DNA of 42,929 bases from Priapulus caudatus (Eukaryota). The stretch's first letter is position 1, and each line of letters begins with the position of its first letter. The stretch covers positions 699,594 through 742,522 of the forward strand of contig NW_014577072.1 in assembly GCF_000485595.1 (NCBI RefSeq), in the 5' to 3' direction. Positions 12,801 to 24,800 of this stretch are shown here, in pieces. The notes under the pieces were generated by a model. It was not told the DNA's origin. It made no database searches and worked only from the letters and a program-made list of their open reading frames with translations. Made by a program: the position numbers and the translations under genes.

Positions 12801-15800
12801 ACGTGAAAGCTAATTCTGGGCGGAACAGTAAAAGTGCCGATGTCATCGTGGGAATGCGGTGAGCCATTACAGTTTGACATTAATACATATATAGCATAAA
12901 GCATGCGTTGCATGTGGGCTGCCTGTGCATGCATTCACGCACGGCCCCTCCCTCATCACATCCACACGCATTGCGCGCGCACATATAGTAAGCAACTTAC
13001 CGCCAAAGACTACCATTTAATCGCGCTTATATATATGTATATATATCGCGCTTGAATTCGCAGCCAATCAGAACAGTGGTTTTTAATCGCGATCACAATA
13101 GATTGGTTATGCCGCGATGATAATTCCAGCCATTCAGAACAGTGCTTTTCATCGCCGATTAAAATAGGTGTTTTGTGGCACATCATATGGCACCGTCATA
13201 GCGCTATAGGCGGCGTCATGAAGTGTATTCGGTTAAATATTTCGATAACGAGTGACGGGGAAGAAGTAAATTACTCATATGACATTTACCCACACGTGTT
13301 GTCGTTCATACTGTTGCGTGATAGCTTCAAGTATATTACTTTTAGTATGAATATCGAAATTCATACCTATTTCAAATTCCTCGCTCCTCTCTCTCTTTCC
13401 GTCACATCCACCAAGTAGGGGCGAGAGTAGCGGGGGGATGGGGGGGATTGCCATCCCCCCCCCTATTTGACGTGGGGGGGATGGCGTGTACATCATCCCC
13501 CCCCTACTTCTAGAGGAAAATGGGGGATTCAAAATTTTCTGGTGAGGAACCGCATACCCCCGCCTTTTCTTGACCACCCTCCTCGAATAACCGCATTGGC
13601 CACTGCCGAGCGTAAACAAATTGGAGCACCCCGGCTCTTCAAAATGTTCCGTGGCCGCCCTGTAGAGGTACTGCTAAAGCCCCGCCGCACACGTGGCGAT
13701 TTTTATCGACAGTAACGCGATTTTATCGCTGGTACTGTCGATAAAAATCGCCAGCTGTGCGGCCACCGGCGACAATTCAAGTCCGTCTATCAAGCCGACA
13801 TTACCACTGTATGAACTGTACGTGACCTGGTTCAAACCACACCACAGGCGCTGCCAATATTTATCAGCGTGCTTGCAAATCATGCATTTTGATTGTTAAT
13901 CCAAAAACTGTTGCCGAGATCCATCGCTAGTGCGGCGCACACGTATGCGATGTTCAGCGCTGGGCACAATATCAACCGATGTTTATATTCCAGCGACGCT
14001 CACGAGCAGAGTTCTGGCGTCAAAATTCGTGACCGCCGGGCAGCGCACACGTGGCGAGTTTCTCGGCGATTTTCTGTCGCCGCGCACACAGAATCGCGCG
14101 GTACTAGCGGAATAAAAAAATAAATCGCCCACGTGGTGCGCCCGGGCTTTAACAAAAGATTTTATGATTATGAATATGTGTATGCATATCAAAAAGTCAA
14201 TTGCTTGAGGTTTATCTGACAGGGGGCATAGATAGCGGGCGGATTGGTGCAGTATATGCCCCACAACGCCTGTATTGAGGTGGGGTGGCTTTCAATCCGG
14301 CCCTACTTTCAGGAAAAAATAGGGGAACAAAAAACTTAAATATTTTACGAGACAATAAATACTGGATATTTATCTACAAATCCGTCATCCGCCTATCATG
14401 ACTCCTCGCTAATGCTATTAGTTAACAGAAATGGAACGTGACACTACATCTACTCGTAAAATGGCTGTAAATGTTCCACAGGAAATGACATTATTTCCCA
14501 CTGCGAAACTCACAGTACGGTTAATTTTAGAGCGAGTTCCCCCATAACGGATTTTTTATCAAATCCCCAAAGTCTTATCACTTGCTCACGAAAGTTAATC
14601 CTGCTTTATTCAACCATTATAGATAGAGCATATTGAGAGTTGAGGTCCTGATATCTTCACGGGAGGGAGATTGAAATGGGAAATTTTATTTTTTCCTAAA
14701 CCTTTTTGGGGGGGAGATTGGGGTGCGAGACTCGAACGTGAAGTAGTATAAGTGTGGCAATATAAAAAAGTGCATTTTTCACGTTCACCCTTATACAAAA
14801 TCAGGAATATAATATTCCTGATTTTTGTATAAGGGGTGAAAATGGACTTTTTTTGTTCAAATCCGGTTGGTTTTCTCATATTTTTTTTGCGTTTTTAAGC
14901 GTGTCTCAGTAAAATAATACGTTTTATCCAAAATTTCAGGGAGTTGATTTCCCATGTTGCTGGTAGTTGTCAACAGGGAGTCCGACAACCGAGGCCCACG
15001 CCCCCCCAGAATTTTTAGGGCAAGGTAGGTTAGCCTAGGTATCAGTCTGCACTGGTAACCCATGTGAGGACATGTACATGAGCAGGCAGAGATTTGGTAG
15101 TAAATTTTAGTCTGGTTCCCCTAAAGGTAATAATACAACACTCAAGCAGTGATGTATTGTGATGAATATTGTTTAATAGTGCTGCCGCCATAAATCAGGA
15201 AATTGCATCAAAGAGGGGTTATCTTCAACAAAATTCCCGCACCCCCCCCCTTAAAACAGGAGGGGGACACGCCCTGAAGGAGAAAATCCGGATATTGCTG
15301 ATGAATAGAGATGTCCAAAAGTGAGTTCTTTTAGATTGCAACTTTCAACAATTCCACACAAATGGGAGGGTGACAACCCCCTCGCACCCGGGCACTTCGT
15401 GCCCTGAGCTCGCATGATTCGCCACCCTCGCAATTTTCTCTGGATGCCGCCACTGGTTGTGTGTATGTGGGGGTTGCGTGTTATTAAACCTCTGGATACA
15501 AAGAAAAAAAATTACCCTAGAATTCACAAAAAGCACTTACAATATCAATTTTTTTCAATTCCCTCAAAAACGGCCACTAAACAAAGGTTCTAAAATTTCT
15601 AAAATCCAAGAGCTTCCCGGGGCTCCGCCCCCTGACCCCAGGCAAGGCTCTACCCCTGCACCTGACAGAGCCCCTAGGCGGGCCCCTGGACCCCACCCAT
15701 TAAGGGTTTTGCGCACAGGCGCACGCGCACACTCTTCATATACTTGTCATAGAAGTAACAGCGAAATCATCCCCCCCCACACGAACTGAGGACCTGCTAC

Positions 15801-18800
15801 GCCGCACACAACAAACGGTGTCTTCCCATTTCGCACAGTTTCCCACTTCGCCATTTGCCATTCTCGCCATTAACTATTCGCGCCAGTTTCCCATTTCGGC
15901 CATTTTCCCACTTCGCCATTTTCCCATTCGCCAGTTTCCCATTTCGCCATTTTCCGCATTTCGCCGCTTTTCCACCACTTCGCCAGTTTCCCATTTGCCA
16001 ATATTTTATGTTGCTTCACACCCCCTACATCGAAATTGATTCTTCCATTCTTAAAAAGAGTCATTTCGAGTCGTTAGGTTAGGGTTAGGGTTAGGTTAGG
16101 TGCTTGTACATGATCCATATGTTTTTGATATGTACGATTTCGCCTTCTTGCTTCTTCAAATAAATAGTTGACTCCATATCTAAAGATTCGTTATAATTTA
16201 TTCATTACAGAGGCCTACTTTTAACCCACCTCGAACAAGGGGTGGTCGGGGAGATAGGACGAAATGGCGCGAATGGAAACTGGTGAAACGGGAAACTGGC
16301 TAAATGGGAAACTGGCGAAGTGGGAAACTGGCGAAATGGAAAAATGGCGAAGTAGAAATGGCGAAACGGGAAATGGCGAAATGGCAAATGGCGAAGTGGG
16401 AATTTTTAATGGCGAAATGGTAAATGGCGAAGTGGGAAAATGGCGAAATGGGAATAAACCCGTGAATAATACATATAGTAAATTTATTCTTCCCCTAATC
16501 GTTTATCGAAATATTTAACCGAATACACTTCATGACGCCGCCTATAGCGCTATGAGGTGCCATATGAGGTGCAAAACCTACCTATTTTATCCGCGCTTAA
16601 AATCTATTTTAATCGCGATTAAAAGCACTGTCATATGTTCTGAATGGCTGGAATTTAAATCGCGCTTAAAATCTATTTTAATCGCGATTAAAAACCACTG
16701 TTTCTGATTGGCTGGAATTCAATCGCGCTTAAAATACATTTTAAGCTCGATTAAAATAGGTAGGTTTTGGCGGTAATGGCCTTCCATACGCACACGCACA
16801 CGTACGCGCGCACTCACTCACAGTCATATCTCTAAAATATCGCATATACATTGACGCATGCACGGTTTGCACGCGCAGATATACAATCCATAAAAGCACG
16901 TCTTGACCCAAGGCTGTGCGGAATCGTGACGATTTATTGTGCTCTCGGCCGCTAATGAAAATAAAATAAAATTCAATTCGGAAAACAATTTCCTGCTCTC
17001 TGCACTGCACCAAATAGAGTTACTTGAATTACCTTGTGATGGCTAGCGTTCCTCAACAAAAGTAGGCTATACTTTTGCTTTCTCGCCAATATACATACAA
17101 CTCCGCGGTTCTTCGGCGAGCGCGGCTGTATGTATACATCTCGTAAAAGCTGGAAGGCTTGTGTGCGCGGCCTTTGATATACGTCGATAAATGCGCGGCC
17201 GTTCACCAAATAGCGACGTATCTCATGCAATATGGAAGCCCTAGTTTTTCCATCGGACGAGCACTATATTCGCGTCCTACATTGTTAGACCTTCGCGAAA
17301 TAAGGTAGAACCGCTGCATGTAATACTTCCGCTCGAATTCGGGAGTCCGAGAGAGGAGCATGATGTATTGCTAGCTATATCCGTGACTGGTACCGTCAGT
17401 GAGTAGGTGGATCGAAGGTTTGCAGGTCTAGACACGAGAGGAAGGTTTGTATGTGTTTAGGCGAGGAAGGTTTGTATGTGTTTAGGCGAGGAAGGTGTGT
17501 ACGTGTTTAGGCGAGGAAGGTTTGTACGTGTTTAGGCGAGAAAGGTTTGTATGTGTTTAGGCGAGGAAGGTTTGTAGGTGTTTAGGCTGGAAAGGTTTGT
17601 AGGTGTTTAGGCGGGGAAGGTTTGTAGGTGTTTAGGCGGGGAAGGTTTGTAGGTGTTTAGGCGGGGAAGGTTTGTAGGTGTTTAGGCGGAGAATGGTTGC
17701 AGGCGTGTACGAGAAAATGGGGTTGCAGGTGTGTAGACGAGAAAAATGTATATGTGTGTGTAGGCGAAAGGAAGTGATTCATGTGTGTAGACGAGGCTAT
17801 AGAGAATAGGGTATACGTGTGTAGGCGAGATTGATATACGTACGTGTGCAGGCTAGAGGGATGAGTGTACGTATGCGTGTAGGTAACAGCGATGTGTGTA
17901 CGTATGCAGGCAAAATATGTTTATCCACATGTCTAGGAAAGAGGGACGTGCGTACATGTGTAGGCGAGAAAAATGTGTGTACGCGTGTAGGCGAGAGAAA
18001 TGTGTGTACGCGTGTAGGCGAGAGAAATGTGTGTACGCGTGTAGGCGAGAGAAATGTGTGTGGGATGGGGGGGATGCCATCCCCCCCCACTATTTGACGT
18101 GGGGGGGATGGCTGTACAATCATCCCCCCCCCTACTTCTAGGGAGGAAAATGGGGGATTCAAAATTTTCTGGTGAGGACCGCATACCCCCGCTGTTTCTT
18201 ACCACCCTCCTCGAAAACCTGCATTGGCCACTGCCGAGCGTAACAAATTGAGCACCCCCTCTTCAAAATGTTCCGTGGCGCCTGTAGAGTACTGCTAAAG
18301 CCCCGCCGCACACGTGGCGATTTTTATCGACAGTAACGTCGATTTTATCGCTGGTACTGTCGATAAAAATCGCCAGCTGTGCGCCACCGCGCGACAATTC
18401 AACCGTCTATCAAGCGACATACCACTGTATGAACTGTACGTGACCTGTTCAAACCACACCACAGGCGCTGCCAATATTTATCACGTGCTTCAAATCATGC
18501 ATTTTGATTGGTTAATCCAAAAACTGTTGCCGAGATCCATCGCAGTGCGGCGCACACGTAGCGATGTTCAGCGCTGGGCACAATATCAAACATGTTTGAT
18601 ATTCCAGCGACGTACGAGTTTCTGGCGTCAAAATCGTGACGCCGGGCAGCGCACACGTGGCGATTTCTCGGCGATTTTTGTCGCCGGCACCAGAATCGCG
18701 CGGTACTAGCGATAAAAATCGCCACGTGTGCGCCGGGCTTAACAAAGATTATGATTATGAATATTGTGTATGCATATCAAAAGTCAATTTTGAGTTTATC

Positions 18801-21800
18801 TGACAGGGGCATAGATAGCGGGGGAGGTATTATGCCCCACACTTATTGAGGTGGGGTGGCTTTCAATCCCCCCTACTTTCAGAAAAAATGGAAAAAACTT
18901 AATATTTTACAGACAATAAATACTGGATATTTATCTACAAATCCGTCATCGCTATTCATACTCCTCGCTAATGCTATTATTACAGAAATGGAACGTGACA
19001 TACATCTACTGTAAAATGGCTGTAACTCGTTCCAAGAATGACATTATTTCTACTGAAACTCAAGACGGTTAATTTTAGACGGGTTCCCCATATACGATTT
19101 TTTATCAAAATTCCCAAAGTCTTATCACTGCTCACGAAAGTTAATCCTGCTTTATTCAACATTATAATAGACCTATTGAGAGTTGGATGTTGAATCTTCC
19201 ACGGGATTGAATGGGAAATTTTATTTTTTTCTCAACCTTTTTTGGGGGGATGGGGTGCTGAGACCGCCCGAAGTATATAAGGTGGCAATATAAAAAGTGC
19301 ATTTTTCAGCACCCTTATACAAAATCAGGAATATAATATTCCTGATTTTGTATAAGGGGTGAAAAAATGGACTTTTTTGTTCAATCCGGTTTTTTCTCAT
19401 ATTTTTTGCAGTTTTAACGTGTCTCAGTAAAATAATACGTTTTATCAAATTTCAGGGGAGTTGATTCCAGTGCTGTAGTTGTCAACGGGAGTCGTACACG
19501 AGGCCCACGCCCGCCCCTAGAACTTTTTAGGGCAAAGGTATTAGCCTAGGTAAGTCTGCACTGGTAACCCCAGTGAGGACATGTACATAGCACAGATTTG
19601 GTAGTAATATTTTAGTCTGGTGTCCCCAAAGGTAAAAATACACAACTCAACAGTGATGTTATTGTGATGAATATTGTTTAATAGTGCTGCCTCATAATGC
19701 AGGAAATTGCATCAAAGAGGTGTTACTTTCAACAAAATTCCCGGACCCCCCCCCTTAAACAGGAGGGGGACACGCCCTGAAGGAGGAAAAATCCTGATAT
19801 TCTATGATAGAGATGTCCAAAATTGAGTTCTTTTAGATTGCAACTTTTCAACAATTCCACACAATGGGAGGGTGACACCCCCTCCACCCGGGCACTTCGT
19901 GCCCTTGAGCTCGCATGATTCGCCACCCCTCGAATTTTCTTCTGGATCCGCCACTGGTTGTGTGTATGTGGGGGGGTTGCGTGTTATTAAACCTCTGGGA
20001 TACAAAGAAAAAAATTACCCTAGAATTCACAAAATGCACTTACAATATCAATTTTTTTCAATTCCCTCAAAAACGGCCATCTAAACGAAGGTTCTAAATT
20101 TCTAAAATCCAAGAGCTTCCGGGGGCTCCGCCCCCTGGACCCCAGGCAAGGGCTCTGCCCCTGCACCCTGACAGAGGCCCTAGGGCGGGCCCCTGGACCC
20201 CACCCATTAAGGGTTTTGCGCCAAGGCGCTCGCGCACACTCTTCATATACATTGTCATAGAAGTAACAGCGAAATCATCCCCCCCCACACGAACTGAGGA
20301 CCTGTCTACGCCGCACACAACAAACGGTGTCTTCCCATTTCGCACAGTTTCCCACTTCGCCCATTGCCATTCTCGGCCATTAACTATTCTCGCCAGTTTC
20401 CCATTTCGGCCATTTTCCCACTTCGCCATTTTCCCATTCGCCAGTTTCCCATTTCGCCATTTTCCGCATTTCGCCCATTTTCCACCCTTCGCCAGTTTCC
20501 CATTTTGCCAATATTTTATGTTGCTTCGCACCCCTACACGAAATTGATTCTTCCATTCTTAAAAAGAGTCATTTCGAGTCGTTAGGTTAGGGTTAGGGTT
20601 CAGGTTAGGTGCTTGTACATGATCCATATGTTTTTGATATGTACGATTTCGCCTTCTTGGTTCTTCAAATAAATAGTTGACTCCATATCTAAAGATTCGT
20701 TATAATTTTATTCATTACAGAGCCCTACTTTTAACCCACCTCGCAACAAGGGGTGGTCGGGGAGATAGGACGAAATGGCGGAATGTGGAAACTGGTGAAA
20801 CGGGAAACTGGCTAAAGGGAAACTGGCGAAAGTGGGAAACTGGCGAAATGGAAAAATGGCGAAGTACGGAAATGGCGAAACGGGAAATGGCGAAATGGCA
20901 AATGGCGAAGTGGGAATTTTTAATGGCGAAAATGGTAAATGCGAAGTGGGAAAATGGCGAAATGGGAATAACCCGTGAATAATACATATAGTAAATTTAT
21001 TCTTCCCCGTAATCGTTTATCGAAATATTTAACCGAATACACTTCATGACGCCGCCTATAGCGCTATGAGGTGCCATATGAGGTGCAAAACCTACCTATT
21101 TTAATCGCGCTTAAAATCTATTTTAATCGCGATTAAAAAGCACTGTTCATATGTTCTGAATGGCTGGAATTTAATCGCGCTTAAAATCTATTTTAATCGC
21201 GATAAAAACACTGTTCTGATTGGCTGGAATTCAATCGCGCATATATATATATAGCGAGAGAGGGAGGGGAGTGGGAGGAGAAGATATATGGTAAATACGT
21301 AACGATGATATACGACCTATGGCCTGATCATTACGTTTTCTCGATATCCAACTAGTTGATTCAAAGACGCTTGCGCGCGCTTAACGTGAATCGAAATCGA
21401 AAGAATTCGCATGCTTAAAACATGTAGAGCAGAAATCCACTAGAATTCTCCCGCTTGAAGCACGTCGATGGGAAATCGACCGTAATTCGCACGTTTGTAG
21501 CGCATATTGAAATGAACTGGATGTTATCGATCGAAGCGCAAGAAAGCGTTGAGGCAGGCAGGCTTCACGTATCGTTGGTGGTATGACCGCGGCATTGGTT
21601 CCCTTATAGACACATACCGTGCAGCTGTTCGCACTTACATTTTCTGTCAAAATGTTCTCGACTGAGTTCAATCTCACGTTTACGTAATATATGCACGCAC
21701 GACGTGTGGAGTGTATCAACAATGCGCGATCGAACCCCGTCTCCCTGATGAGAGAGTATAGCGGCAGTTGTCGTTTCGTTTTGCTAAGACGAACTGCCCG

Positions 21801-24800
21801 TATCTGATCGTTAATCGTGCAGCAGACTCGCTATAATTACTCGCCTGTTTCGGGTTGCATGGAAGCATTCCTGCGCACGCCAATCAAATAATAAAATATG
21901 AATTCTATTCCGACCGCGTCATTATTAATAGTGCCCACGAGAGCCCGTCCATACACACACGCAGCAAGGCGTCATTAAAATAACACATTACGGCGGTCTT
22001 ACATCGGCTTGCAATGATTCGTCTATATATTGGCGGATCGGCCGCCTACTGTATTCCCGACGTACTTTGAACGTAGAAAGCGCGGCACGCGTAGCATTCA
22101 TGAAAGAGAATGAGATAGAGAGAGAGAGGAGGAGGAGGAGGAGGAGGAGGAGGAGAAGGAGGAGGGGGGGATCTACTTGCATGTCTATGTGTAGCCGCGG
22201 TTGTAGGTCGGCGAAGAAGCGCGTCACGCAAACCAATGCGATAACGTTGCATGTGGGATAGAGTTTCATATTGAAACGATCTCCGCGCCCGTGGTGAACG
22301 ATCTTCTTGATGCAGCGAGCGTGAGGCGGCCCTTAGAAAGTGGTTTACGATACAAAGCAGCATCGGCGTCTCAGCATCGCGTCGCAGCGACAATGGCGCT
22401 GCGTTACTTACACTTACGGCCGACGCGCGCGTACAGTATAAACTTATTACCCTGGCGTAAAAAAATCTGATAATATTATATTCACAGCAACTTCGTTAGC
22501 GCTGTCATTAGCGCCGGTTGCATTCACTTGTGGTGGGGGAGAGCATTCAACGCAGAAACTAACGTTATTTGGTTACGTTCCCTTCATGAGCGCATGCACA
22601 CGACATCTACGAGTTAAGTACGTGTTGCTGATCAGGATGTATCAATTTGTATTCGCTCGGCGTGCCCGCGTCTGTAGTATAAACACCCCTTGACAATATG
22701 CCTAATATACGCGCTGCGATAGGTTTCGCCTTATAGTTCGGCCAATCTGTTGCCATTCGCATGTTAATGCGAAAGCTGCCGTGCGTTACACCGTGTGCAG
22801 CGTTTATATTGATGTATTCTGCATATTGTAGAGTCGCAGGTGGAGATAGACGGCAACTTCCACGTTCATCAGGGCAGCAATCTGAAGTTGACGTGTAATG
22901 TGACAGCAACCCCGAAGCCGCCCGTTTACGTGTACTGGTACCATAATGACAGCAGAATAACTCACGATGTGCGAAGGACGCAGGTGTCGTACATGCGCAC
23001 GCAGCACTCAACGACTAGCATTCTCCTTGTGCAAAACATACAAGGAACTGACTCCGGGAAGTATACGTGCAAAGCTAATTCTGCGGACAGTAAAAGTGCC
23101 GATGTCATCGTGGTGAATGGTGAGCCATTACAGTTTGACATTAATATATATAAGCATAAAGCATGCGTTGCATGTGGCTGCCTGTGCATGCATTCACGCA
23201 CCCCTCCCTCACACATCCACACGCATGCGCGCGCACATATAGAAGGCCATTACCGCCAAAACCTACCTATTTTAATCGCGCTTAAAATGTATTATAAGCG
23301 CGATTGAATTCCAGCCAATCAGAACAGTGGTTTTTAATCGCGATTAAAATAGATTTTAAGCGCGATTGAATTCCAGCCAATCAGAACAGTGGTTTTTAAT
23401 CGCGATTAAAATAGATTTTATGCGCGATTAAATTCCAGCCATTCAGAACAGTGCTTTTTAATCGCGATTAAAATAGGTAGGTTTTTGGCACATCATATGG
23501 CACCTCATAGCGCTATAGGCGGCGTCATGAAGTGTATTCGGTTAAATATTTCGATAACGATTACGGGGAAGAATAAATTTACTATATGTACATTTACCCA
23601 CACGTGTTGTCGTTCATCTGTGTGCGTGATAGCTTCAGTATATTATGTTTAGTATGAATACGAAATTCATACTCTATTTCAAATTCTCGCTCTCTCTCTC
23701 TTTCCGTCACACACACAAGTTAGGGGCGTAGATAGCGGGGGGGATGGGGGGGATGCATCCCCCCCACTTATTGACGTGGGGGGGATGGCTTGTACAATCA
23801 TCCCCCCCCCTACTTTCAGGAGGAAAATGGGGGATTCAAAATTTTCTGGTGGAGGACCCGCATACCCCCGCGGCGCCTGTTTCTTACCACCCTCCTCGAA
23901 AACCTGCATTGGCCACTGCCGAGCGTAACAAATTGAGCACCCCCACTTCAAAAATTGTTCCGTGGCGCCTGTAGAGTACTGCTAACAAAGATTATGATTA
24001 TGAATATTTGTATGCATATCAAAAGTCAATTTTGAGTTTATCTGACAGGGGCATAGATAGCGGGGGGATGGGGGTATATGCCCCCACACTTATTGAGGTG
24101 GGGTGGCTTTCATCCCCCCTACTTTCAGGAAGAAAATGGGAAAAAACTTAATATTTTACAGACAATAAATACTGGATATTTATCTACAAATCCGTCATCG
24201 CTATTCATACTCTCCTAATGTATTATTACAGAAATGGAACGTGACATACATCTACTGTAAAATGGCTGTAACTCGTTCCAAGAATGACATTATTTTACTG
24301 AAACTCAGACGGTTAATTTTGGACGCATATATACGATTTTTTGTCTTATCACTGCTCACGAAAGTTAAATCCAATTGCTTTATTCAAAATTAGAATAGAC
24401 CTATTGAGAGTTGTGATATTGAATTTTCATGGGGATTGAATGGGAAAATTCAATTTGGGGGGGGGCTCTGCTCCCTCTGCCCCGGGCTCTGCCAAAGAAT
24501 TTTCTTCTGGATCCGCCACTGGTTGTGTGTGTGGGGGGAGGAGGCGTGTTATTAAACCGCTGGGATCCAAAGAAAAAAAATACTCTAGAATTCACAAAAT
24601 TTTCTCAAAAACGGCCATCTTGAAGGTTCTAAATTGCTAAAATCCAAGAGCTTCCGGGGGCTCCGCCCCCTGCATGGCCCCGGGCAAGGGCTCTGCCCCT
24701 GCACCCTGCCAGGGGCCCTATAGGGCGGGCCTCTGGACCCCATCCATTAAGAGCTTCGCCAAGGCGCTCGCGGTCTGCGCTCATCGCGCACACTCTTCAT

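Larger units (their letters stand above)
13432..16727 (+). repeat. Duplicated block B, copy 1 (direct repeat of 18062-21240)
   Basis: Colinear over ~3.2 kb, with identical internal junctions between its repeat modules. Confidence 0.92.
12988..16784. mobile_element. Composite element bounded by ~300-340-bp inverted arms (12988-13282 and 16470-16784), carrying nested repeats
   Basis: The right arm ends GGTAGGTTTTGGCGGTAATGGCCTTC, the reverse complement of the left-arm start GAAGGCCATTACCGCCAAAACCTACC (clean copy at 23242). Both outer flanks are CA/CG-rich simple sequence. Confidence 0.6.
18062..21240 (+). repeat. Duplicated block B, copy 2
   Basis: Partner of 13432-16727. It starts abruptly after a minisatellite and ends abruptly at a TA run. 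Confidence 0.92.
21243..23720 (+). repeat. Duplicated block A, copy 2 (contains the intact Ig2 exon)
   Basis: Direct-repeat partner of 10895-13415. Confidence 0.92.

Noticed and set aside
16073..16100. TTAGGG run as a telomere or chromosome fusion scar
   Set aside because: There are only about five mixed units, embedded in a repeat element.
15797..16518. ORFs with repeated KW/NG/FP motifs (also 20094-20987)
   Set aside because: They are read-through of the foldback subrepeat arrays, and the frames are not conserved between the two copies.
17438..18061. 25-27-bp repeats as a CRISPR-like array
   Set aside because: The units are head-to-tail with no unique spacers, in a eukaryotic intron with no cas genes.
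22837..22840. CAG|GTG at 22839/22840 as the exon 3 acceptor
   Set aside because: It would be phase 0 and shift the frame after the phase-1 donor of exon 2; the AG at 22830-22831 keeps the frame.
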